Positions 57,065 through 64,000 of a DNA stretch of 64,000 bases are shown here, in pieces (the stretch's first letter is position 1; each line of letters begins with the position of its first letter). The stretch is taken from positions 2,505-66,504 of the forward strand of contig JAAEZA010000018.1 of NCBI GenBank assembly GCA_018223125.1. The letters are read 5' to 3'. The notes beneath the pieces are model-generated. The model searched no databases. It was given only the letters and a program-made list of their open reading frames with translations, and was not told the DNA's origin. This DNA is from Paracoccaceae bacterium. Its GTDB lineage: Bacteria; Pseudomonadota; Alphaproteobacteria; Rhodobacterales; Rhodobacteraceae. The translations under genes and the position numbers were made by a program.

Positions 57065-58390
57065 ATGACGACAGATCTTGCCAAATTCGCAGCCGATAAC
57101 GGCGTTAAATACTTCATGATCAGCTTCACCGATCTCTTCGGGGGGCAGCGGGCCAAACTGGTGCCCGCCCGTGCGATCGCGGACATGCAGGAAGAGGGTG
57201 CGGGCTTTGCCGGCTTTGCCACATGGCTCGACCTGACGCCGGCACATCCTGATATGCTGGCCGTGCCCGACCCCGAAGCGGCGATCATCCTGCCGTGGAA
57301 CCGCGAAATCGCATGGGTTCCGGCCGATTGTGTTATGGAAGGGGAACCCGTGGCACAGGCCCCGCGCAATGTGCTGCGCCGCTTGATCAACGAAGCCGCC
57401 GAAGAAGGGATGCGGGTTAAAACCGGCATCGAGGCCGAATTTTTCCTGCTGACACCGGACGGAGAGCAGATCAGCGATCCTTATGACACCGCCGCCAAAC
57501 CCTGTTACGACCAACAGGCCTTTATGCGCAGGCTTGATGTCATTCAGGAAATCAGCGACCACATGCTGGAACTGGGGTGGAACCCCTACCAGAACGACCA
57601 TGAAGACGCGAACGGCCAGTGGGAGATGAACTGGGACTTTGATGACGCCCTTGCGACAGCGGACAAGCACAGTTTCTTCAAATTCATGGTGAAAACAGTT
57701 GCCGAGAAACACGGATACCGCGCAACCTTCATGCCGAAACCTGTCGAGGGCCTGACGGGCAACGGTTGTCATGCCCATATTTCGGTCTGGGATCCGGACG
57801 GCAAAAGCAACGTCTTTGCCACGGAACCCGATGACAGCAGCCAGACAGCCGAACTGGGGCTGTCCGAGAAGGGACGCCATTTTCTTGGCGGGATCATGAA
57901 ACACGCAAGCGCGCTGCCTGCGATCACCAACCCGACGGTAAACAGCTACAAGCGGATCAATGCGCCGCGCACCACTTCAGGGGCAACATGGGCCCCCAAC
58001 ACAGTGACATGGACCGGAAACAACCGCACCCATATGGTCCGCGTGCCCGGACCGGGACGGTTTGAACTGCGCCTGCCGGACGGGGCGGTGAACCCCTATC
58101 TGTTGCAAGCCGTGATCATCGCCGCAGGGCTGTCCGGTGTGCGCAATGAAGCTGACCCCGGAAAGCGCTATGACATCGATATGTACGCCGAAGGCCATAA
58201 GGTGCGCGGTGCTCCGAAGTTGCCGCTGAACATGCTGGACGCCTTACGCGGTTTTGATCGGGACAAAGGGCTGAAAGCCGCGTTGGGCGAAGAGTTCTCA
58301 GCCTCTTACATCAAGATGAAGATGCAGGAATGGGACAGTTTTGTCAGCTATTTCAGCCAGTGGGAGAAAGACAATACCCTTGATATTTGA
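57065..58390 (+). CDS. gmaS: glutamine synthetase-family protein (gamma-glutamylmethylamide synthetase-like)
   Basis: 441 aa with a GS catalytic-domain sequence (GIEAEFFLL, NGCHAHISVWD, NSYKRI). The cluster context is with mgs/mgd genes. Confidence 0.8.
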   Translation: MTTDLAKFAADNGVKYFMISFTDLFGGQRAKLVPARAIADMQEEGAGFAGFATWLDLTPAHPDMLAVPDPEAAIILPWNREIAWVPADCVMEGEPVAQAPRNVLRRLINEAAEEGMRVKTGIEAEFFLLTPDGEQISDPYDTAAKPCYDQQAFMRRLDVIQEISDHMLELGWNPYQNDHEDANGQWEMNWDFDDALATADKHSFFKFMVKTVAEKHGYRATFMPKPVEGLTGNGCHAHISVWDPDGKSNVFATEPDDSSQTAELGLSEKGRHFLGGIMKHASALPAITNPTVNSYKRINAPRTTSGATWAPNTVTWTGNNRTHMVRVPGPGRFELRLPDGAVNPYLLQAVIIAAGLSGVRNEADPGKRYDIDMYAEGHKVRGAPKLPLNMLDALRGFDRDKGLKAALGEEFSASYIKMKMQEWDSFVSYFSQWEKDNTLDI

Positions 58391-58533
58391 TCTTTCTTGA
58401 ATCCCGACCCTTTGCAGGATTGCAACTACCGTTCTTTGCGTCCTAGACATTGAGAATGAACAGACAGGGCTGCCATGACGGGTGGTCCTGTCTGATCGTG
58501 AATGAAGCGAATTTATTTCCCAAGGAAACGCCC

Positions 58534-59418
58534 ATGAGCACATATGCCCTTACAGTGACCTGCCAGTCCCGTCGCGGGATCGTTGCTGCCATTGCCGGTT
58601 ATCTCGCCGATCAAGGCTGTAACATCACTGACTCTGCCCAGTTTGATGACAAGGAGACCGGAAACTTCTTTATGCGGATCAGTTTTGATACCGATGGCAG
58701 TATCGGGCTGGAGGGGCTGTCCGATGGGTTCAAAGATGCTGCGGCGACTTTCGACATGACGTACGAGTTCCACGACGAGGCGGCCAAGATGAAGGTCATC
58801 ATCATGGTATCGCGTTTCGGGCACTGTCTGAACGATCTGTTGTACCGCTGGCGCATCGGTGCGCTGCCCATCGACATTGTCGCGGTGATTTCCAATCACA
58901 TGGATTACCAGAAAGTCGTGGTGAACCACGATATTCCCTTCCATTGCATCAAGGTCACGAAAGAGAACAAGCCAGATGCCGAAGCACGGATCATGGGTGT
59001 GGTCGAGGACACCGGCGCCGAGTTGATCGTGCTGGCCCGTTACATGCAGATCCTGTCCGACGAAATGTGCCAGAAGATGTCTGGCAGGATTATCAACATC
59101 CATCATTCCTTCCTGCCAAGCTTCAAGGGTGCAAACCCCTACAAACAGGCCTTTCAGCGCGGGGTTAAGTTGATCGGGGCGACGTCCCATTATGTCACGG
59201 CTGATCTGGATGAAGGCCCGATCATCGAACAGGATATTGTCCGCGTGACCCACGCCCAGTCGCCCGAGGATTATGTCTCGCTCGGTCGGGATGTGGAAAG
59301 TCAGGTGCTCGCCCGTGCGATCCACGCCCACATCCACCAGCGTGTATTCCTGAACGGCAATAAAACCGTCGTTTTCCCAGCGTCTCCGGGGTCTTATGCC
59401 TCCGAGCGGATGGGCTGA
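58534..59418 (+). CDS. purU: formyltetrahydrofolate deformylase
   Basis: ORF 58450..59418, with the likely start at ATG 58534 (MSTYALTVTCQSRRGIVAAIAGYLA). It has an N-terminal ACT domain, a formyltransferase core (INIHHSFLPSFKGANPY), and the ATSHYVTADLDEGPII segment. Confidence 0.9.
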   Translation: MSTYALTVTCQSRRGIVAAIAGYLADQGCNITDSAQFDDKETGNFFMRISFDTDGSIGLEGLSDGFKDAAATFDMTYEFHDEAAKMKVIIMVSRFGHCLNDLLYRWRIGALPIDIVAVISNHMDYQKVVVNHDIPFHCIKVTKENKPDAEARIMGVVEDTGAELIVLARYMQILSDEMCQKMSGRIINIHHSFLPSFKGANPYKQAFQRGVKLIGATSHYVTADLDEGPIIEQDIVRVTHAQSPEDYVSLGRDVESQVLARAIHAHIHQRVFLNGNKTVVFPASPGSYASERMG

Positions 59419-59437
59419 CGATTAATCACCGCGAACA

Positions 59438-59472
59438 GGCGCGCCGCTGTTCTTTCAGAGCGGCGGCGCGCC
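59438..59472. terminator. GC-rich imperfect hairpin between convergent purU and cytochrome c' genes
   Basis: GGCGCGCCGCT-loop-AGCGGCGGCGCGCC, with a 3-nt bulge. No strong T-tract is present on either side. Confidence 0.35.
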
Positions 59473-59485
59473 AGATTTCTGCGGA

Positions 59486-60043
59486 TCAATTTTTGATGCG
59501 ATAGTCCTGATGGCAGGCGGAGCAGGTTTTTGCGGTCAGAAGGAAAAGTTCGTCTACCGGAAGCGTCGCATAAGATTCCAGTTTGTGCGGTGTGGACGGG
59601 TCCGGTGCCGCGCCCGAAGGCGGGTTGGCTGCGGCGAGGATCAGCCCCTGACCTTGTAAAGCCAGCCTGTCGGCCAGTTCTGTAAACCGCTCCCATTCCT
59701 TCCAGATTTTCGGACGTGCCTCTGTGGGGTCCTGCAGGGAGCCTTCGGGAAATCCCACAAGCATGGCATCGCCGGCATGATCGCGCAGCGCCCGCGCTGC
59801 AACCGAAATGGCATCCGGATCGGGGGAGGGGCTTTTGACCTGTCCTGCGATTGCCTTCATGGACCCCGCCAGCATCTTCATGGCGTCCATCCGCTGTTTG
59901 ACCACGCCTGTGGCCTTGTCATGGGCGTTTGCCGGTCCGGTTCCGGCCAGAACAGCCAGCAGGATCGCGCTGGCTGCGGGGGTCTTCAATGCGCGGGTCA
60001 GAAAAAATCCGAACCCTGTGCCTGTATTGGGTTTATGTGTCAT
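59486..60043 (-). CDS. class II c-type cytochrome (cytochrome c'-like)
   Basis: ORF 59486..60373, with the likely start at MTHKPNTG (ATG ending at 60043). It has a signal peptide ending in GPANAHD and a single C-terminal haem motif CSACH. Confidence 0.8.
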   Translation of the reverse strand: MTHKPNTGTGFGFFLTRALKTPAASAILLAVLAGTGPANAHDKATGVVKQRMDAMKMLAGSMKAIAGQVKSPSPDPDAISVAARALRDHAGDAMLVGFPEGSLQDPTEARPKIWKEWERFTELADRLALQGQGLILAAANPPSGAAPDPSTPHKLESYATLPVDELFLLTAKTCSACHQDYRIKN

Positions 60044-60221
60044 GGGGTCTCCCTGCTGCGCATTTTTTGTTTCGATAGGGGGGCGCGCAGGAGGAAAGTC
60101 AAGGATAAAGGCAGTGGTGCAACACCTGCGCGAAAAGCTGCGCGTCGCGGGCCTTGGCGCTGTCACAGGTGGATGGATGGTTTTAGGGTGGGCAAAACGA
60201 ATAAGAGCAGAGACTACTAAT

Positions 60222-61145
60222 ATGCGGGTCGCAATTCTTGCAGCACTGGGTGTGATGCACGCCGGTCTGGCGCAGGCCGAAGGCTTCGCCTGGCCGAAGC
60301 TGGACAATATCGTGGGCGTGTCCCGCCTGTTCAACAACGATTTTCTGGGCGATGGCAATGACCGCTGGCGCACCGGTTCTTACGAGGTTTCCGTGACCTT
60401 CGGGGAACAGGTTCTCGACGGGATGCCCCAAACGCCCTTTTCCCTGATGCAGTACCGGTTGCGCAGTGAAATCATCGCGCCTGCGGATCTTTCGGTAACG
60501 ACCGCCTTTCCCGACCGTGCTTATGCGGGGGTGATCGGGCTGGGGGCGTTCACCCATTTCGAAAAAGGCGGCTATAACCTGTCTTATGGCGGCGAACTGG
60601 TCTTTGTCGGGCCGTCGACCGGCGTAGGGCGTTTCCAGAAATGGGCGCATAAACAGATCGGCGCGCAACAACCCAATATGCTCGGGGAGCAGTTGGGAGA
60701 TCACGTCTACCCCACGATCCAGGGTGAGATTTCAAGAGACCTGCGGGCAGGGGATGCCCTGTTCCGCCCCTTCGCCGAAGCGCAAGCCGGTGTCGAAAGC
60801 TATGCCCGTATCGGGATAGACGCGGTGTTTGGTAAAAACCTCTCCCGCAATTTCTTCGTGCGCGAACCGATCACGGGTCATCTGGTCACGAATGTGCGCA
60901 GCAGCGATGCGCGCAGCTTCGGGTTTATGATGGGGGGCGATGTGGCCTATGTGGGCGACAGCAAACTGCTGCCGGAAAGCCGCGGTTACACGGTGGAAAG
61001 CGTCCGCCCGCGCGCCCGGGCCGGTTTCGTCTATGAAGGGGAAAGCGCGGGACTGTTCTACGGGCTGACGTGGCTTGGCAAGGAATTCGAAGGCCAGAGC
61101 GACAGTCAGGTCACCGGCTCTCTCAATGTGAAGTTCAATTTCTGA
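60222..61145 (+). CDS. outer-membrane beta-barrel protein, LpxR/DUF2219-like (tentative)
   Basis: ORF 59808..61145, with the likely start at ATG 60222 ([19 protein letters not shown] signal peptide). It has an [17 protein letters not shown] motif and ends in F, as OMPs do. The family call is from memory. Confidence 0.55.
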   Translation: MRVAILAALGVMHAGLAQAEGFAWPKLDNIVGVSRLFNNDFLGDGNDRWRTGSYEVSVTFGEQVLDGMPQTPFSLMQYRLRSEIIAPADLSVTTAFPDRAYAGVIGLGAFTHFEKGGYNLSYGGELVFVGPSTGVGRFQKWAHKQIGAQQPNMLGEQLGDHVYPTIQGEISRDLRAGDALFRPFAEAQAGVESYARIGIDAVFGKNLSRNFFVREPITGHLVTNVRSSDARSFGFMMGGDVAYVGDSKLLPESRGYTVESVRPRARAGFVYEGESAGLFYGLTWLGKEFEGQSDSQVTGSLNVKFNF

Positions 61146-61166
61146 GCGATTGGCGGGCAGGGGCTG

Positions 61167-61194
61167 TTGACTCCGCCCGTACAAGGCTTATAAG
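61167..61194 (+). promoter_or_regulatory. sigma-70-like promoter for rpsD
   Basis: TTGACT (61167-61172), a 16-nt spacer, then TATAAG (61189-61194). This would leave a leader of ~130 nt before GTG 61328. Confidence 0.45.
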
Positions 61195-61327
61195 CCGCCC
61201 ATCCGCGCAAGCGGTTCATTGGTGTTGGTGGCCCCCGCAAGGGGATGCCTGTCGGGCTTCGGGAAACCGGATAAGACCAAAGGACAACGCCCTTCGAAAC
61301 CTTAGAAGGAGAACAGCCGTGACAAAA

Positions 61328-61939
61328 CGTACAGCTGCCAAATACAAAATTGACCGCCGCATGGGCGAAAACATCTGGGGCCGTCCCAAATCCCCTGTGA
61401 ACCGTCGTGAATACGGTCCGGGCGTGCACGGTCAGCGCCGCAAGCAAAAACTGTCCGATTTCGGCATCCAGCTGCGCGCCAAGCAAAAGCTGAAAGGCTA
61501 CTACGGCGATCTGACAGAGAAACAGTTCCGTCGCATCTATGCCGAAGCTGTTCGTGTGAACGGCGACACAGGTGAAAACCTGATCGGCCTGCTGGAGCGT
61601 CGTCTGGACGCGGTTGTATACCGTGCGAAATTCGTGCCAACAGTATTCGCTGCCCGTCAGTTCGTTAACCACGGCCACGTGACAGTGAACGGCAAGAAAG
61701 TGAACATCCCGTCCTACCGCGTTAAAGAAGGTGACGTGATCGAAGTGCGTGACCGCTCCAAGCAAATGGCGCTGGTGATGGAAGCTCTTGCAAGCTCCGA
61801 GCGTGACTTTGCCGACTACCTGACAGTCGACGCAAGCAAAATGCGCGCCGAGTTCGTTCGCACACCCGGTCTGGCCGATGTGCCTTACCCTGTTGTGATG
61901 GAACCGAACCTGGTGGTGGAATTCTACGCGAAGAACTAA
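61328..61939 (+). CDS. rpsD: 30S ribosomal protein S4
   Basis: GTG 61328 lies 8 nt after GAAGGAG. The protein starts [25 protein letters not shown] and carries the S4 RNA-binding domain ([14 protein letters not shown]...[17 protein letters not shown]). Confidence 0.9.
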   Translation, partial: RTAAKYKIDRRMGENIWGRPKSPVNRREYGPGVHGQRRKQKLSDFGIQLRAKQKLKGYYGDLTEKQFRRIYAEAVRVNGDTGENLIGLLERRLDAVVYRAKFVPTVFAARQFVNHGHVTVNGKKVNIPSYRVKEGDVIEVRDRSKQMALVMEALASSERDFADYLTVDASKMRAEFVRTPGLADVPYPVVMEPNLVVEFYAKN

Positions 61940-61963
61940 TCTTCGCCGACCCTCCAAGAATTC

Positions 61964-61998
61964 AAGGCCGTTCCCTTCGGGAGCGGCCTTTTACTTTG
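61964..61998 (+). terminator. Rho-independent terminator after rpsD
   Basis: Stem GGCCGTTCC(C)/(G)GGAGCGGCC, followed by TTTTACTTT. Confidence 0.7.
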
Positions 61999-62021
61999 GC
62001 GGCGTGCTCGCGCAGCAAATA

Positions 62022-62059
62022 TGCAAAACGACAGGCACCGCAGGGCGCGGGGTGCCTGT
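62022..62059 (-). terminator. Rho-independent terminator after the 62095..63270 gene
   Basis: Stem ACAGGCACC (62031-39) / GGTGCCTGT (62051-59). On the minus strand it is followed by CGTTTTGCATATTT. Confidence 0.5.
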
Positions 62060-62094
62060 TTGCCGCGACGGTATTTGTGCGTGATTTTCGGGTG

Positions 62095-63270
62095 TCAGTC
62101 GTCACCGCAGATGGATTGCAGGGCGATCCAGTCCGCGTCACTTAGCGGAAGGCGGTAGTTTTCGGGGTAAGGGTCACGGGCGATCAGCTCGGCCGTGCTC
62201 TCGCCGCTGGCATCAAGTGCATAGGCGTAAGGGGTGGAGGTCATCTGCGCTTCTTTGAAAACGGCCAGCAGGGTTTCCGTATCCGCCCGCACCAGCGGCG
62301 CTGTCAGAACCTGCCGCGCATAGCCCGCCAGCGCATCATCCGGCAGGTCTCCATTTGCAATGAAAGTCAGCGTGCGTCGGGTGCCGATCTTGCGGAACAT
62401 CCGTTTCATCGGATCATCCTGTGCTGCAATCGCCCGTTCCCGCAACACAAAACCGGCGGCGATTTCGGGACCGGCGTTTTCTTCGATTAAAACACGGTTC
62501 AGCAGGATATTCCCGCCCGGCAGATGGGCTGCGAAACGTGCGCCCAGATCAACGATGTGAATTTCACCGCCCTCCGGCAGCAGCCAGTTTTCGAACTTGT
62601 CCAAAGCAGCGCGCCCCATGGGATCCTGACAGGCCGTGCCGGTCAGTACATCCGTCTGACGCAATACCTTCTGCCCGATCTGATGGGCTTTGGCCGCCGG
62701 AAGGATGCGCGTTGCATAATCCGCCGAAATCGACGGCAGCCAGAACAGTACTATGCCAAGGGTCAGGGCCAGAAACATCGCACCAAGGCCCCAGCGCAAC
62801 CGGCCGGGATGGGGGCCGGTCCGACGGATCGCACGGCGCACTTCGTGTATTGCCCCGTTCATCGTCTCGTCGTCGATTTCCAACGTTTCGGAGCCGCTTT
62901 GATCCGGACTGTAAAGATGGGGGCCATCGCCCGTGGACAGGCTGCGCACAGCGGCCAGAGACCAATGTGTCAGCGGCTTGCCGTTTGCATCGGACAACAC
63001 CAAGGAGGACGCGCCAAAGGATACGATCACCTCGCGTCGTTGATCCGCTTCGGATTCCCTCCAGAGCCCGATTGCTTCGAGCCGTTGATATTTTTTGAGC
63101 GCTGTCACTGCGTGCCTATACCGGCCTTCGGCCTGTTTTTTGAGAATCATACACCGTCTTGCAGCACGTGTGTAGGCAATTCTCCCTGTTGTGAAGATTC
63201 GGCCGGATGCCACTTTGGGGTAGGGAAAACCGGCTTTGCCGGCTTCAAACGGGACCGTCTGACAGGCCAT
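62095..63270 (-). CDS. conserved-looking hypothetical single-pass membrane protein
   Basis: Long ORF with GC-rich codon usage and one TM segment (LGAMFLALTLGIVLFWLPSI) between two soluble halves. The start is uncertain: ATG 63270, or MILKKQ at 63150. Confidence 0.6.
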   Translation of the reverse strand: MACQTVPFEAGKAGFPYPKVASGRIFTTGRIAYTRAARRCMILKKQAEGRYRHAVTALKKYQRLEAIGLWRESEADQRREVIVSFGASSLVLSDANGKPLTHWSLAAVRSLSTGDGPHLYSPDQSGSETLEIDDETMNGAIHEVRRAIRRTGPHPGRLRWGLGAMFLALTLGIVLFWLPSISADYATRILPAAKAHQIGQKVLRQTDVLTGTACQDPMGRAALDKFENWLLPEGGEIHIVDLGARFAAHLPGGNILLNRVLIEENAGPEIAAGFVLRERAIAAQDDPMKRMFRKIGTRRTLTFIANGDLPDDALAGYARQVLTAPLVRADTETLLAVFKEAQMTSTPYAYALDASGESTAELIARDPYPENYRLPLSDADWIALQSICGDD

Positions 63271-63397
63271 CAGGCCAGTGCGGGGTTTTTTCCGGACCAG
63301 TGGGCATAGTTACCCTGCCGGAGATTGCAATACGGGGCCAACAGGCGTAGGGGCTGGTTCACACCCTTCCTTTCAGTTCAATTGCCCGGAAGCTGTC

Positions 63398-64000
63398 ATG
63401 CGTTATTCAGAGTATTTTCCGCCCCTCGAATGGTATACCCGCGTCAATAAGAACACCGTTGCTGCGGATGCCTATGCGGGCCTGATCAACGCAGCACTGG
63501 TGCTGCCGCAGGGGGTGGCTTTTGCCACGATTGCAGGGCTTCCACCGCAATACGGGCTGTATACAGCGATTATTACGGCCATCGTCGCTGCCTTGTTCGG
63601 CTCTTCAATGATCATGATTTCGGGGCCGACAACGGCAATTTCTGCCGTATTGTTTACCACGCTTTCGGATTTTGCAGCCCCCGGAACCGCGCAATATATC
63701 GAGATGGCTCTCACGTTAACGATCCTTGTGGGACTGTTCCAGATTGCGGGCGGATTTGCGCGGCTCGGGGGGCTTGTCTCCTTCGTGTCCCACTCCGTCA
63801 TGACGGCCTTTACCATGGCGGCGGCGCTGCTGATTGCCGTCAGCCAGCTGGCAGGTGTGACGGGGCTTGTGGTGGAAAAGGGCGGCAATATCGCAGAGCG
63901 GCTGATGCGGCTGGCAGAGCACTGGCAGGACATCAATCTTTACGCCCTGCTGATTGCCGGAACCACGCTGGCGCTGGCGGTGATCATGCAGAAGTTTACC
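63398..64000 (+). CDS. SulP-family anion transporter, 3'-truncated by window edge (absent from ORF track)
   Basis: My own translation from ATG 63398 gives MRYSEYFPPLEWYTRVNKNTVAADAYAGLINAALVLPQGVAFATIAGLPPQYGLYTAIITAIVAALFGSS.... It stays open to the window end and parallels the N-terminus of the SulP protein at 13137..14750. The listed ORF 63472..63936 (-) is its antisense shadow. Confidence 0.85.
   Translation, partial: MRYSEYFPPLEWYTRVNKNTVAADAYAGLINAALVLPQGVAFATIAGLPPQYGLYTAIITAIVAALFGSSMIMISGPTTAISAVLFTTLSDFAAPGTAQYIEMALTLTILVGLFQIAGGFARLGGLVSFVSHSVMTAFTMAAALLIAVSQLAGVTGLVVEKGGNIAERLMRLAEHWQDINLYALLIAGTTLALAVIMQKFT

Noticed and set aside
58461-58494. Hairpin CAGACAGG-18 nt-CCTGTCTG between gmaS and purU as a terminator
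   Set aside because: The loop is large and no T-tract follows. It lies within the upstream extension of the purU ORF. The evidence is not sufficient for a terminator or attenuator call.
1-64000. tRNA, rRNA, tmRNA, CRISPR arrays, and toxin-antitoxin or restriction-type defence genes
   Set aside because: No cloverleaf-like or rRNA-like sequence, repeat-spacer array, or defence-type domain was recognised in any intergenic gap or ORF. This is a by-eye negative. tRNAscan-SE, Infernal and DefenseFinder/PADLOC would be needed to confirm it.

Overview
By gene content and apparent high GC, this is a chromosomal segment of a marine Rhodobacteraceae (Roseobacter-group) alphaproteobacterium. I recognised no rRNA, tRNA or CRISPR array. 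About 57 protein-coding genes are supportable. All family assignments come from motif recognition by eye, with no searches run. The main blocks are:
(i) Polyamine/guanidino-catabolism genes (class-III aminotransferase, agmatinase-family ureohydrolase, Zn-ADH). They are separated by an accessory stretch (~2350-8960) holding a DUF1127-like peptide, an orphan soluble PAS histidine kinase, and an odd trio: a leaderless S8 subtilase, a collagen-repeat PAP2/haloperoxidase-like protein, and a SARP-wHTH/TPR regulator.
(ii) An 8-gene minus-strand purine operon, xdhABC plus a BMP-type ABC importer.
(iii) A lone sulfotransferase-like gene of lower GC beside dnaE.
(iv) Housekeeping genes: phhA with its Lrp regulator, hisS-hisZ-hisG, and nrdJ.
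(v) A lower-GC islet (~42007-48090). It opens with phased 22-bp direct repeats, carries a double-PNPOx/FNR fusion oxidoreductase, DUF1348 and GST operon with a LysR regulator, and ends in a decayed IS3-family element that itself contains a 37-nt palindromic insertion.
(vi) A complete N-methylglutamate methylamine-utilisation cluster: sox-like mgdABCD, an XRE-cupin regulator, mgsABC, gmaS and purU.
(vii) Cytochrome c', an LpxR-like outer-membrane protein, rpsD, and a SulP gene running off the window end, which the ORF track misses.
The best candidate for something undescribed is the S8 / collagen-PAP2 / SARP-TPR module. That call rests on domain architecture and gene context only.
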